DNA of 61,805 bases, the filler included, from Sphacelaria rigidula (taxonomy: Eukaryota), in assembly GCA_964200075.2 (NCBI GenBank). It is 8 parts of 8 records of this genome, joined end to end, with 100 filler letters (N's around TTAATTAATTAA, not from the genome) between each part and the next. Parts side by side here need not be neighbours in the genome. Positions count along the whole stretch, not along the records: positions 23,216 to 30,853 come from CAXNAA020013986.1; positions 30,954 to 38,591 come from CAXNAA020013987.1; 6 more parts are not named here. The stretch is one strand, 5' to 3'. A program made the translations under genes and the position numbers. Positions 23,116-35,439 of this stretch are shown one piece after another. The notes beneath the pieces were generated by a model, which was given only the letters and a program-made list of their open reading frames with translations, did not search any database and had not been told where the DNA came from. Within the stretch, counting starts at the first letter, position 1, and every line of letters starts with the position of its first letter.

Positions 23116-25881
23116 NNNNNNNNNNNNNNNNNNNNNNNNNNNNNNNNNNNNNNNNNNNNTTAATTAATTAANNNNNNNNNNNNNNNNNNNNNNNNNNNNN
23201 NNNNNNNNNNNNNNNACGATTGAAAAAGAATTCCTAGATCAGGTATACCTCGGCGAAATGTGGCCTACAAAAGATAAGTATTTCTGGAGGCAACATGTCC
23301 GTTTTCGCGTGCCCATATCTCTCGAATAACATGCTTTTTATCCGTTTTTTTTTCGAGTCCCGGGTGTCAATGCTCCCCCCCGAATAATGTCCGTGAAAAA
23401 TCCGGAGCGAAGACGGTCAAAATGAATGGCGTGTTTGGCTGTTTTTGCGTTACTGGCCATTTTTCGTACCTTTCCTAGGCAGAAAACGAGAAGGTATACC
23501 CTTTCTAGGCCACTGCCCTTTTCTGTGTTCAAAAAAGGTTCCTGTACGTACGAATGATGCGCAATTTCGGTTAATATTTTTCCTTCGTTACGGTTCGGGG
23601 CTCTCCCGGTATTTGGTACGGTACTGGTGGGTGACGGTAAAGTACCGCGCAGTAATCGTGATTTGTGGTACGTTCTGCGCCGTTGACGGGAAATACGACC
23701 TTGCGCGGGATAGCGGTTCACGTGTTGGATTTTGCAAATTTGCGCCGTACCGTAGATGATACCCCAAAACCGCGGTGAACCGCGGCGGTTTCATAGTGCG
23801 TTGAAAGCACCGACGGCAGACCTGATGAGTGCACTTCATACCTTAGTTTTCACGTCCCGCGTTTTAGGTAAAATCCTCCTTCTTTGTATACGCGTGTATC
23901 TTGTATGAGCAGGCACCCCATCGATCGGTGGTACAGTCAGTACCGCTTCGAGCACGTGGAGCGGCGGGACGGCGGCAAGGGTGCCATTCTATCGTTCCAC
24001 GAGTAAGTTTTTCGGAACACCTAGGCTCGCTCACCACAAAAAGGCGATTTTGCGGGCTGGCCGTAAGCGTGGAGAATGACGCACACAATCAAAAGTAAGC
24101 ACGTGCGCATTGAAAGAATAGGGTGATCCGTGTATATCTCGGATTGGACACGGTCAGTGGCGGGGCAGGGCATTGCAGTACTAGAGCACGGTCTCGCACA
24201 TCACAGCACTGCGCCGCAGAGTGCAGTCTTCCGTATGTCCATCTGTATCCAACCCTGTCACCGACGGACGTGATTCCTAGGACGATGTCGAAGCAGTGAC
24301 GGCCTGTATTGACAAGATGTTCGTGAGTTGATCCAACGATGCGCGTGCAGTGCAGTACATATTGCAATGCATATGCGAATAGATGCGCTACGAGTATCCA
24401 AATCTATTTTCGCACCACTTTGTTTGCGGTAGCTGCTGGCGGCTTGTGCCCCCGACCACGCTGCTGCCAACTGTGTCTGGACGGGGGTACGGAAGGGGGA
24501 CAGGCTCGGTTTACGTGCTCGTTTCCTGTCCCCAGGTAATAGGTTTTCGTGTATTGGGTGGCTTCGCTTCGGTTTTCTGTGTAGGCAGGGGATCTGCGGA
24601 GGCGGGGTCTTCAAAGGATGTTCCGTAGTCTGAAGTGGAATTATGAAGCCTTTTCAAACCATGACCACAGCGCCTGACTACATGCTTGTCATACTTACCT
24701 GGGTAGTAGTAGTCTAGTGTAGGGTATGCGTTCATCTCTCATCAGCTTGTCACGCTTTCCCCGTATGAACGAAATAACTGCCCGTTCTTTGGTCGCTGGC
24801 CGCTTGATCAACCCACTCTCTGCTGATGCGATTGGTTCAGCAGCACTCGAGTAGGAAGACGTTGTCAACACTGCATTAATATTACATTTCCGCGCCCTGA
24901 GGCCCACAAAGGGTTTATGTCGACATTATTTGTTGCCAGCATTGATCAATACTTCCAGCATGATCATCATGACCAATATTGGAGGATATGAGATGTTGTC
25001 ACAAACATTTTCATTTCATTTTCGCCCTTCCTTGCTGTGAGAAAAGCTCTGACTCTGGCATCGTCGATATCAATGCCATTCGTTTTTGCTAGCGTTTTAT
25101 TCACGATGCCACTCTTCCTCAAGGAAGACCACATGCGTAAGAACAGAGGTTTATTTCGGACGGGAACATCGGTCAGAAAAGACAAACCAGCTTTCACGAA
25201 GAAGCAGTGAATGAGTACACGGTGAATCGATACCTTCGAAATTGATTGTTTTTTTTAATGGTTCATGATCGATTCCATTATTTCTTGCCAAGGAGTTCAA
25301 GATAAACTAACCACAACCAAACATATGAAGGCTAGCTGCATAAGGGGGATCGTCTGTTACCCGTCTCCTCAAAAAGGTTAAACATACGTTTTGTTCCAAA
25401 CCTTCAGGCTACTCCTAATCCACGACTCAAACCCGAGGCCCGAAGTAGACACATGCAGTGCCCCGGGCGAAGTGCATGTTAGAGTGATGCTACGATAGGG
25501 GGGGGAGGGGGTGATTCCACGACAAACAGGGGCTCACAGGTGCGTCAAACGACGCAAGTACTCGCGGTGCGTTTGTATTCGGGGAGAAGCGACGTCAAGT
25601 GGTATGAAAGAGTGTGTCTTATTGGTATCCAGCGCGTTCGAACAAATTGCTGTTTTCAACGATGATTTTGAGGCGGAACTTGAAGTGAGAAAATGGCCCT
25701 GAATCCCCCACCGCCCATGATAGCTTCACTCGTTGGCAGAGCTCAAATTGAAGGTTGTAGCGCTGATTCGAGCAAAACGGCATGCTGATCACGCTGGACC
25801 TACACTTGGGGCCGTGAGCCCGTTCAAGACCAGAATGTCATGATTTACCCTAAAATTAAGTAGTATTCAACCATGAATGAA

Positions 25882-26298
25882 CAGTGGATTCTCGAAAATG
25901 GGGTTGCAGAGAAAAATGAGGTTCAACTCAAAAGCCATGTTTTCCCTGACCGAAATTCATGACAAATGACTTTCATATGAACTACCACATCCCTCCCGAC
26001 CTCCCTGAAACTATTTCGAGGGATTTCTAGCCTTCCATTCCCCCAATGGGTATGCGCGGAAGCACGTTTTTGTCTCGATTTCGGGGTGAAAAAATGACGT
26101 TTTTCGTCCCCAAAATCGTGCTTTCGCACATACCCTTTGGGGAAACGAAAGACTGAAAATCCCTCGAAATAGTTTCAGGGAGGTCGGGAGGGATAGGGTG
26201 GTCCATATGAAAGTCATTTGTCATGGATTTAGATCAGGGAAAGCACAGCTTTTGAGTTGGACCTCATTTTTTTCAACCCCGTTATCGAGAATCCACTG
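25882..26298. mobile_element. Foldback MITE with ~190-bp arms and pogo/Tigger-like CAGTGG termini
   Basis: CAGTGGATTCTCGA / TCGAGAATCCACTG, long mirrored arms (TCCCTCCCGACCTCCCTGAAACTATTTCGAGGGATTT). TA TSD not intact. Confidence 0.85.
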
Positions 26299-28231
26299 TT
26301 GATGGGCAGAAACAGTTCGAGGAAAACTCTACTGAACTACACTAGCACCGCCGCACACCGTTACCACGCGATTGCCGCACGTATCAAAGCCACCCTCTAC
26401 TGTACATTTCATTGCATCTAGGCAACAAAAGGCGGCACTGTAGCCGACAGTTGGACCCGCATCTCTCAGAATCGTCCCCTCCCCTTCCGTGAGCCAAAAA
26501 CGAAAAATTACCACGTTGGTCGAAAAGCAGGTCAAAAGCTCGAAATGCGTTACTTAAAAACGAGGAAAATAACAATTCGTGTGAAGGAGGGGACGTTTTG
26601 CATCGTTCAGTTGACGTAGATACCATGCACTGGTGGTGTCATTCTGCTGATACTCCTTCACTTTTCCCCCCGCATCCGTTGCTGTTACGCGCTCTTCGAA
26701 CATATCGCGGTACGATGACATGAAGCATACGCCCTAATATTCATGGGGCTCACCACGGATGCAGGCTTTCTGTCATGTATTTTCCTGCTCAATTTTGTAC
26801 ACTCAGAAATATCCTCTATTACATCTCTCCCGCACAGACGAAATAAGAAATAGATATACCAGTTGTCGAGTGGAGGAGAAAGTAGATGCATAGAACTGCC
26901 CCTGTGGCAAAGCCGTAGAGAGCAGAAGTCATAAAGTGGCAGAATGTGAACGATACAAGGGGAATCGCGACGCGCTACAGGGGGAAGTGCGGAACGTGAA
27001 CGAAGGTGGCATGAAATCGCTTGATGGATTACGATAGAAAGTAGCGAAAAACACGATGACTATACTAGGGAATGGATGGTTGTCACAGATGGCAGAACAG
27101 GACGGGAACAAGATATGTATATAATTTTGTGAGATATATGGAAGAGACGTAATGAGCACCTGAATGTTGAAGGTGTCTCTGTTCGGAGTAGGAACGGTGT
27201 TCCGTCTCGAAAGGGATGCGTGATCAATGGTCAAACGACCAAGGCAAGCAAGAAATAAGTCCGCCCTCCCCATGCACGTTTTTCGCCGTCTTTTCCCCAT
27301 TCGCTGTGCTTTTGCTTCTTTTGTTTCCAACATGAGCTCTGTGGCAGCGGATCATATAATGGGACAGTGGTATGTAAATATTCATTCTTGTATATCTCGC
27401 GCAGCGTGCATGTAATCGAACCTGTCACTGGCTGCAACCAGCCAAACTGCTTACACGATGCAAATTTTAATCCAGCAGTGTTCGCATGGGTAGTTTATGT
27501 CACACGAAGAGCGGTCCTCCGGCAGGGGTGCACATTTTTTGCTCTTGAGGCTCTGCACTTCGGGGGCCTTAGTCTGCAGCATGAGAAAACGTGTCGACTG
27601 AAAAGCGCACCCCTATACCGTAGAGTGACTCCGAAACTCTTCGCAAGCTGGTGGCAGAAAATACTTGGATTGAAACGAAATCTAGACGTAGGTACTATTG
27701 TACTCGGAATGTAGGAATGAATACTCATGAAGTGTCTGAAAAAAACGACGTTTCCGTGAAATTGAGAGTTAAAGGTACGATTGAGAGTGAGAAGCGGTCA
27801 ATTCGTGCAAAAGCCGTTTCAGTTCCGAAATGCACCTCCACCAGGCCCAATATTCTCCTTCTGCAGTAGCTTGACACGGAGGCCCTCGATACCCCTGAGT
27901 AGGTTATCAACGTGTAGCTGTAAGCACATGGCAGTGATGAGACGACGAAAAGCACACACGGAATGGAAAATTGGCCAAGTTAAAGCGAATGATCAAAGCC
28001 ACTCTCAATCCGCACCCAACTCTCAATCTCACGGAAACCTTGTTCAAGGTTAAGATGATCCCAATATCCTGAATATGACGTGCATATATATATATATATA
28101 TTCATGGGACGCGTTTCCGTTTTCGTTGGCGAGTGGCATCTGCCATTTTGTGCCGTTGGATGTAACGTACATTTTTTACGCGGATTGACCGTAGAATTCC
28201 ACGGTGATCGCATGATCGTTTTTTGTTCCAT

Positions 28232-28510
28232 CCCAACTCTAACCTCCCACGCAAAGCCTAGCCCCGTGCTTAAGCCTCAGTCTAATCCTAACCCCAAACA
28301 GACTCATGCCAAGAATCTTCTGGCAAAAGGTCACAGGAGATACCTTGGGCGATTTGGTGTAGGCAGCAACCCCAACTCTAACCTCCAACACTAGGCCCAG
28401 CCCCGTACCTAAGCCTCAGTCTAACGCTAACCCCTAAACGGACGCATGCCAAGGATCCTCTGCCAAAAGGTCAGAAAAGATAGATACCTTGGGCAAGGTT
28501 TGTGTAGGCA
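28232..28510 (+). repeat. ~140-bp tandem duplication with CCTAACCC-like motifs
   Basis: CCCAACTCTAACCTCC...TAAGCCTCAGTCTAA...GATACCTTGGGC...GTGTAGGCAG occurs twice. Confidence 0.85.
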
Positions 28511-29864
28511 GAGAACAAACTCCTCGCCGGAGTGATGCTACGGTAGGGATTGCACTTTTTTAGCGAAAATATTTCTCGGGGCTGCTGCTCGGGGTGTTGG
28601 ACGGATCATTTTGTGGATCGGGATCATTATTCACTTAAACAAGACTGAAAATGACGCCGACTCACGAAAAGGTCCCTCCTTGCGAACGCCATATTCCTGG
28701 GAGTCGGGTCCCCGGAGATTTGGGTTGCACCGTAAGCCCCACATATGTGTGCTCTTACAAGGAGAGTCCCAGAAACGAAAAGTGCAACACCTATCAAAGC
28801 ATTGCTCGCCGACAGACAGCCACTAGTTCGACCAAAAACGCGGTCTGTTCATCCTGGCGAGCACCTGGAACTGTCGGTGCCGAAATGATCCATATACGAC
28901 AGTTCCTGCTGTAACTAGGTATTTTATCAACCATGGAATATGGCGCCAACGTTCGTCATCTCTCTTGCTCATCGTTGCTCCAACCCGTCTGGAACATGAC
29001 ACACAGGTGGTACCGCCTGAGAAACCGCTCAAAAGATCAGGACAACTACTACGTCAAGACGTTCAGTGGGCTTGAGAATCTGCCGGACCATGTTGTACAA
29101 AAGGTGACGCACGTTCAACAGAATATTGGTGGAACGAATCAAACTACCCGCGCCGTCGAGACTGTTGATTTTGAGAATACGTTTTAATGTGGCTCTTGAT
29201 AGTTATATTGATTCGCTCTACGCAAGGAAGGAGTGAACTTGCAATAGGGAGCGCCAGGGAGGGGGAAGGGGGAGGGAGGGATTAAAGCACTCCTTGAACG
29301 GAAGTAGCGAGTCTTGAGCGCCGGTAAGCACGAAATTTCACTCGAATGCTCCCGCTTCTTCTCCCCCTCTGACGGGGTATAGCATCACCTCCGGCTGCCC
29401 CGCCGGGGGGGCGCGAGCTCGAACCTCTAGCGGGCGTACCAGACCACAACAGAGTAGGGGTGGCGTACAGGCACAGCTCGCCAGTGTACTGATGATTCAG
29501 TGCGCTGGCGAGGCTGTGCAGACGAAAGATGTGACGCATGGTTAGCGGACTTACCGATCCCCACGGCAGAGTCGCTCGCGGCAGCTGCACCTAACCACCG
29601 TCGCGGGAAGCATGGTACCCGTAGCCTGAGGAGTACAGAGGCGGGAAAACTCTACGTTAGTAAGCAGCAACGCCTACATGAAGGAAGTGATGCCGTTGTA
29701 GGCGGGGAGTGCTGTGTGCTGCCCTTTTGGATCAAGGCAAGAACCGGGCTAGACCGAGATGGATAAAAAGGAGAACAGCGGCTTGAAAAAAACGGAACAT
29801 GATTCGACCCCTAAGCGTGGTGGACCGATATAGACGAGCGAGCACCAGGGCAAAGGCACACGTG

Positions 29865-30660
29865 GGCGAGCTGGCCATGGGGACCTCCAGCGTCCGCACA
29901 CTCGTTTACAGGAGCAAGAACATCGTCGGCTACAACGCTGTAACCGTCTTCCAGATCTGTTCCGAGGAGGACTGTGACGTCCTCGGAGTCGACTAAAGAC
30001 CAGACGTGAGAGGCAAGGCTCAACCACCAATATAGGGTATGTGGTGATGTTGAGCGGGGCGCATATTGAGATAAAGGGATCAGAGTGGAGTGCATGGGGT
30101 ATGGTTGGGGATCCGGCAGGCTGCCTGGGACGGATTGGAAGAGGGAGACAGGGTGGTGAAGGGGATCAGCCCGAGACTGATGAAGGGTCTCCCACAGTTC
30201 GTAAAATCGAATTGAGTACTTTCCTCGTCTAGATACGTGCCCACAGGGAACAGTGATACCGCTGCGTGAGACCAGTTGTGGAAAGCAGCAATCGCCGCCA
30301 TCAAGGACGTGCCTCGCGGTGACCGCCTTTTGGTCATGACCGACGCCACTGTTGGGCGATGAGTGTAATGACACCAAGGTTCACGGTGCGCACGGAGGCA
30401 ATGACCTGAACGACCATGGGCAACGACGCCCGGTTTCGCTGGGGACAACGAACCCTCCGTCAACAACATGTTCTTCAGCGAACCGAAGTTCGGAGCCTCA
30501 CACAGGTGTCAGCGGGCGTACAGCGGGAAGAAGCAGCATCGCCGTGGCTACATATCCGTTCGACAAGCGGACCTGAGACTAATGCGCAATTTCTCCATAC
30601 GCCTCGTTGAGTTGAAAGACTCAGACGACCACGTGGTGTACGCTGTCGTTCGATTCGCCG
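29865..30660 (+). mobile_element. Decayed APE-type endonuclease domain of an RTE-like LINE
   Basis: Ordered motifs across frames: LAMGTSSVRTL, CDVLGV..TRR, GYVVMLSG, GVHGV, ISPRLMK, YVPT, LLVMTDA, LNDHG, NMFF, YISVRQ, DSDDHVV. Confidence 0.8.
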
Positions 30661-31757
30661 CCGAATGGCCTCCAAGCGGCGCAAAAAAGGCAGCAATAAC
30701 AGCGGCGGGCACGTCACCATCGACGCCTAACGGATGAAGGCGGAGAACATCCTCCGGAGTGGAATACAATACAGGATCCTTTGCTTTCCCCCCCCCCCCC
30801 CCCACCCCCCCGGTCACCCAACGGACCCCCACCCCCCCCCCACCCCCCCCACCNNNNNNNNNNNNNNNNNNNNNNNNNNNNNNNNNNNNNNNNNNNNTTA
30901 ATTAATTAANNNNNNNNNNNNNNNNNNNNNNNNNNNNNNNNNNNNNNNNNNNNCCCCATCGTAGCATGACTCTTCGAAAGTTTACACATAGTAATTACCA
31001 GATATACGCATGTGTTTTCGAGGTTTGAAGATAATGGGATCATCCGAGAATCTTGCCAAGTTGAAGGATGGTCATCTGAGAGCTCCGTAAGAGATGACGC
31101 CAGTTCACCTCCAAATCATCCCATGGTTGATGTTCACTTGATTTGACTGTGAGCAGCAATATTAGGATCTTTAGTGGGGCGGACAGTCCCGAGTGCTCCT
31201 AGCAGGAGAGTTTGTACCAGTTCAGCTGCAATCTACCCATGGTTGGCACTATTTTTCTTGATTTGAGTGTGAACACCCAAGATACGAGTCGTAAGTGGGG
31301 AGTGATGGTCGTGAGTGCTCTTCCTAGCGTGCGCAGAACGCGTTTTTTGTGTCGGCGCCGGTTTGAGGTCTGCCAACGCACACTTTGTCCAGGGCACCCG
31401 TTGGATCCCGTTTGCTGCCCACGGGTTCTTGGTAAGCCTTAGGTTGAGATTATCGCTAGGGCTATCTCAAAGATGTCTCAACAATGGATCATTTAGAGGT
31501 GAGCTGGAGTAAATCCACCTCGTGAGATTTGCGCCCGGTTTGGAAATGGTCCATGTCCATATCATGTGATCGCGGTTGGATCCCTGGGGGGGGGGAGTAA
31601 AAGTGCCAAAGTCGATCATGTGAAGGTCATGTGAGCTGTTGACTCTACCGTCTGGTTGGAAGATAATCACGTGAGAGTTTTGCCCTGCGCGTGACGAGGC
31701 GTGACGTCCCTGTTCTCCTCTCTCCCCATCTTGCTCGGAAAACTTACACGCCCGCAG

Positions 31758-31831
31758 CTGGAGCAGCTGTCCGATGCAGTGAAGGAGGATTACTTCTTCG
31801 AGTTATTCATCGACGACCTCCCCCTCAAAGG
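31758..31831 (+). CDS. Transmembrane 9 superfamily (EMP70/nonaspanin) protein, single exon
   Basis: LEQLSDAVKEDYFFELFIDDLPLKG matches the TM9SF lumenal Y.F...DDLP..G motif; CAG / GTGAGG borders. Not in the ORF track. Confidence 0.8.
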
Positions 31832-33031
31832 GTGAGGGCCCTTTGTCAATCGACTGGTTGATGGATAGAGTGATGGGGATCGTGAGTCGCACATTCACTG
31901 ATCTGCTGAAGAATCCAGACTTGATACTATATGTCGTACCCGTTTTTGTCACGATCCAGTACTCTCACGCAGCCTCGTCGACTTTCAACGGCCTTTTTCT
32001 TCTTTACTCTTTTTTTTTTCTTCTCATTTGTCCATGTTTTCTGTATACATACTGTACGAACGACCACCACTGCCGAGATTCGAGTGGGCAAAAGTTGCCG
32101 AAATCCACTGTCGGTGTATTTTTTCGACCGCCTTTGTCGCGGTGGTATGGTAGTGTCGGCGTAGAGCTGACGGAAGCGTACGGTTGTCCTTCATCATCGC
32201 AGACTAGAAGAGGACCGCTCTTCTACTTTTCGCGTGGTGATTTTTGTACGCGGCTGCCCTGATAAATTTGTCTTGGCCACCGCGTTAAGGATGTCTCGCT
32301 TCCCTCCCCCTTGCCCTCCTCGCCCTCGTTCCGCCTCTTCGTTCTTCTCTTCCTCCATACATGCCGCTCTGGTTCAGGCCGGTGGGGCTTGGAAAGGGGC
32401 ACTTTGTTACTTCTCAGGTTTTTCTGTACACGCACATCACCTTCATCATTGGGTGAGATATTGCGATGGACAGCAAGCAGTAAGGGAAATAATGGGCAGC
32501 AAGCAGGAAGGTCTCCCCCCCACTAGCTACTACTGTTGAGAGTAAAGCTCGAAAATGGTTTGTTTTACTATTAAAAAGTTGAATGGTTACGCGTAGCGCA
32601 CTTATGAACCACTTGAATGGTACATGATGATTTGGCCATCGAGCGGTGCAGCCGCGAGCCAGAAAGCCTTTCCCCCCCCCCCCCCCCGCTCCCTGCGTAG
32701 GCGGGGCCGGGGGCAAGCGGCCGACCCAGAAACCAAGAAAAAAAAAGGACGACCCCCCGCCCCNNNNNNNNNNATGCGTGGTCAATGGTCAAACGACTAA
32801 GGCAAGCAACAAATGAGTACGCCCCCCCCCCCCTGGCAGATGGGGCCCCGCTGGAGGCGCTGTGCCGCCGCACATTTTTACGCGATTTGGCTTCACTAGA
32901 GCTAAAAAAGTACGTGCAATTTGGTCCAATTTTCAAGGGCTGTATGTAGCATACGTAGCCGGTAACGGCTCATGAAGCCGATAACGGGAAATAATGGTTC
33001 GAAATCATTCAAAATTTTCATATAACCATTA

Positions 33032-35439
33032 CACACTCTGGACAATGGGCACAATAATCGTTCATTGCTTCAGCAATAGACATTGGGAAAAATCTGTCGA
33101 TCTATATATTATCGAACACGATGGATTGTGAAACACATCTATTGATATGTATTGCAAGGGACAATATATGTTGCAATAGTCGATCGATAGCCTTTGGCAA
33201 GTACAATAGATGAAGATCATTCGCCATCGATGAACATCGTGTACCGCAATAGATTCTGTGTTGTATATATCGATAGCCATTGCCGTAATCAAAATGTTTG
33301 CTGAGCCATCCATCGATATTCATTGCCGTCATCAATAGATTAAGTGAGTTATCCATCAATACCCATTACCGCCATCAATAGATTTGGTGAGCCGTCTATC
33401 GGTAGCCTCTGCCGCCAACAATGCATTTTTGATATCTACCAACGTGGGCATTGCCGTCAACAATCGATTGCTCTCAGCACCACGTATCGACAGCAAGTGA
33501 CGCCAACGATAGCTTTTGAAAAATAGATTGCTCACTGCAGTGGTCTCATGACATCAACGGCAATACCTCTTACACGTGAACACGCAACGATAGCTGACCA
33601 TAGCTTCTGTGGAATAAGGCGGGAACATAAATCGAAAACTGTGCCTACATAGCGCTAGTGATCGACGCCATTCAGCTACCTTTGTGGTCAGCAATAGATA
33701 TTGATGGCCGTGATTCAGATTACATTGTGGCAAACGGTAGACATTGATGGCCGCGATTCAGATTCTATTGTGACCCTGAATAGACATTGGTGGGCGCAAT
33801 TGGTATCCTTCTGTGACCACCAATATGTATTGGTGGCCGCGCGGCAGATTCTATTGTGATTGGCAATAAATATCGGTGGCCACAATTCAGAGCCTATTGC
33901 AACAAATTAGATGTATCGACAGACAACTGGGCCCTTCCATTGTCACGGCAATGATACATCATGTCCCTTGTCCCGAATCTGTTGTCGCCTACAATAGCTA
34001 TCGGTAGACTCCGATGCCAGTCGATCATGACTGACAATGAACATTGACAGTCAAATTTTCGGGGCTAATGCAGCGCCAATGTTCTATTCCATTGTCTATT
34101 GTCCAGGGTATAAGAACATCTCACCCACACACAAAAGTTCTGTAAGCGCCCATGTCCATCAGAGGGACAGCCATAAGTACCAACACCACACCAACAAAAG
34201 TTGAAGACTATTTTCTACACATGTTGCGGATTCCTACAAACTACAAGCGTCCCGAAATTGTAGAAACGTGATGTCATATATTCACAAGTAGTATCATTAT
34301 GTACCCACAGCATGTCCACCTGCGGCTTCTCTACCGTACCTTAACGGAGTATACTATTCTCTATACGTAGTATGTTACTATCTAGGTGTGGCAATAGACG
34401 GCAGAGAAAATCTGTCGATAGGCATTATACACCACAGTAGATTCTGGTATGTATCTATCGATTTTCATCGCCGCCATGCATAGATTTATACTTCCTCTGT
34501 CCCATAAGTAAAGATACTTGAATTTGTACGGGCCCTTGGCGACGTCCGATCGTTTTTTTTTAATGAACTCTACGGTGTTTTTTGGGTTAAGAAAATGTGT
34601 TTGAAATTGCAGCTCGTGCTTGAACCATGCAGCCGTGCGGCCAAGAAAAAGTAGGTCGGTCCAAAAACGGCCATTTTTCGCTCGTTTTCGCAGGAAAGCA
34701 TGATAGACCCGGGAACACGAAAAATCGCGAAAAATGGGCCAAAAAAATCTGAAAATGGCGAAACCACCATTGATTTTGGACATGTTCGTGATATTAATCT
34801 ACGCACGCTCCATCCAACATTTTGTTAGCATGTGACTGCTAGTGCTCGGCGTGTAGACGTCCAAAATCGGTCAATGATGAGGGGAAAATGGATCAAAAAG
34901 GGTCAAAATGGAGTATATTTCGACATAGTTTCAGTGATTAAAACGGTTTTTTTTTCGTCTTTTTTTTCATCAGCTTCGTCTGCGCTTTGCGTTTCTAATG
35001 AACCCAACCACAACATCGTCCCCACCACGGGCATACCTAAACATTGTATCACCGTTAGGCACCTTTACTTACGGGACAGAGGAAGTACACAATCTATCAA
35101 TAGCCATTGCTGTCATCAACAGATTTGGTACACAATCTGTCAAGAGCCATCGTCATCAAAACATTTGGCACGCGGTCTATCGATAGCCATTGCCGTCATC
35201 AATAGATTTGGAAAGCTATCGAGCGATGCATTTGGTCGGCCGCGATATATTTCGGTGTAGGGCCATAGCATACTGCTGCCCAGACAAGAGTGTGGAAAAC
35301 TGGTCTATCGATAGACGTCGCCAACGACAACAGAAATATAAACCTGCCGATCGATGGCCATTACGGACGACAATATTGGCATCTACTGTAGCAGATTATA
35401 TTGCTATCGCAATAGATGCCGTCTACTGTCCGGGGTGTG
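33032..35439. mobile_element. CACAC-terminus element (possibly composite) with 8-bp TSD and 43-bp degenerate repeats
   Basis: CACACTCTGGACA / TGTCCGGGGTGTG; flanks AACCATTA / AACCACTA. Repeat units at 33695, 33738, 33781, 33824. An extra internal right end at ~34098-34110. Confidence 0.8.
34491..35085. mobile_element. Stowaway-like (Tc1/mariner) MITE, 595 bp
   Basis: TA|CTTCCTCTGTCCCATAAGTAAAG ... CTTTACTTACGGGACAGAGGAAG|TA. Confidence 0.9.

Noticed and set aside
24700-25220. Possible hAT transposase relic on the minus strand (CFFVKAGLSF...)
   Set aside because: Only one weak motif resemblance and no catalytic residues traced.
29485-29530. Hammerhead-like CTGATGA...GAAA
   Set aside because: CTGATGA lies in the stem and loop of a simple long hairpin; stems I and III with an NUH site could not be built.
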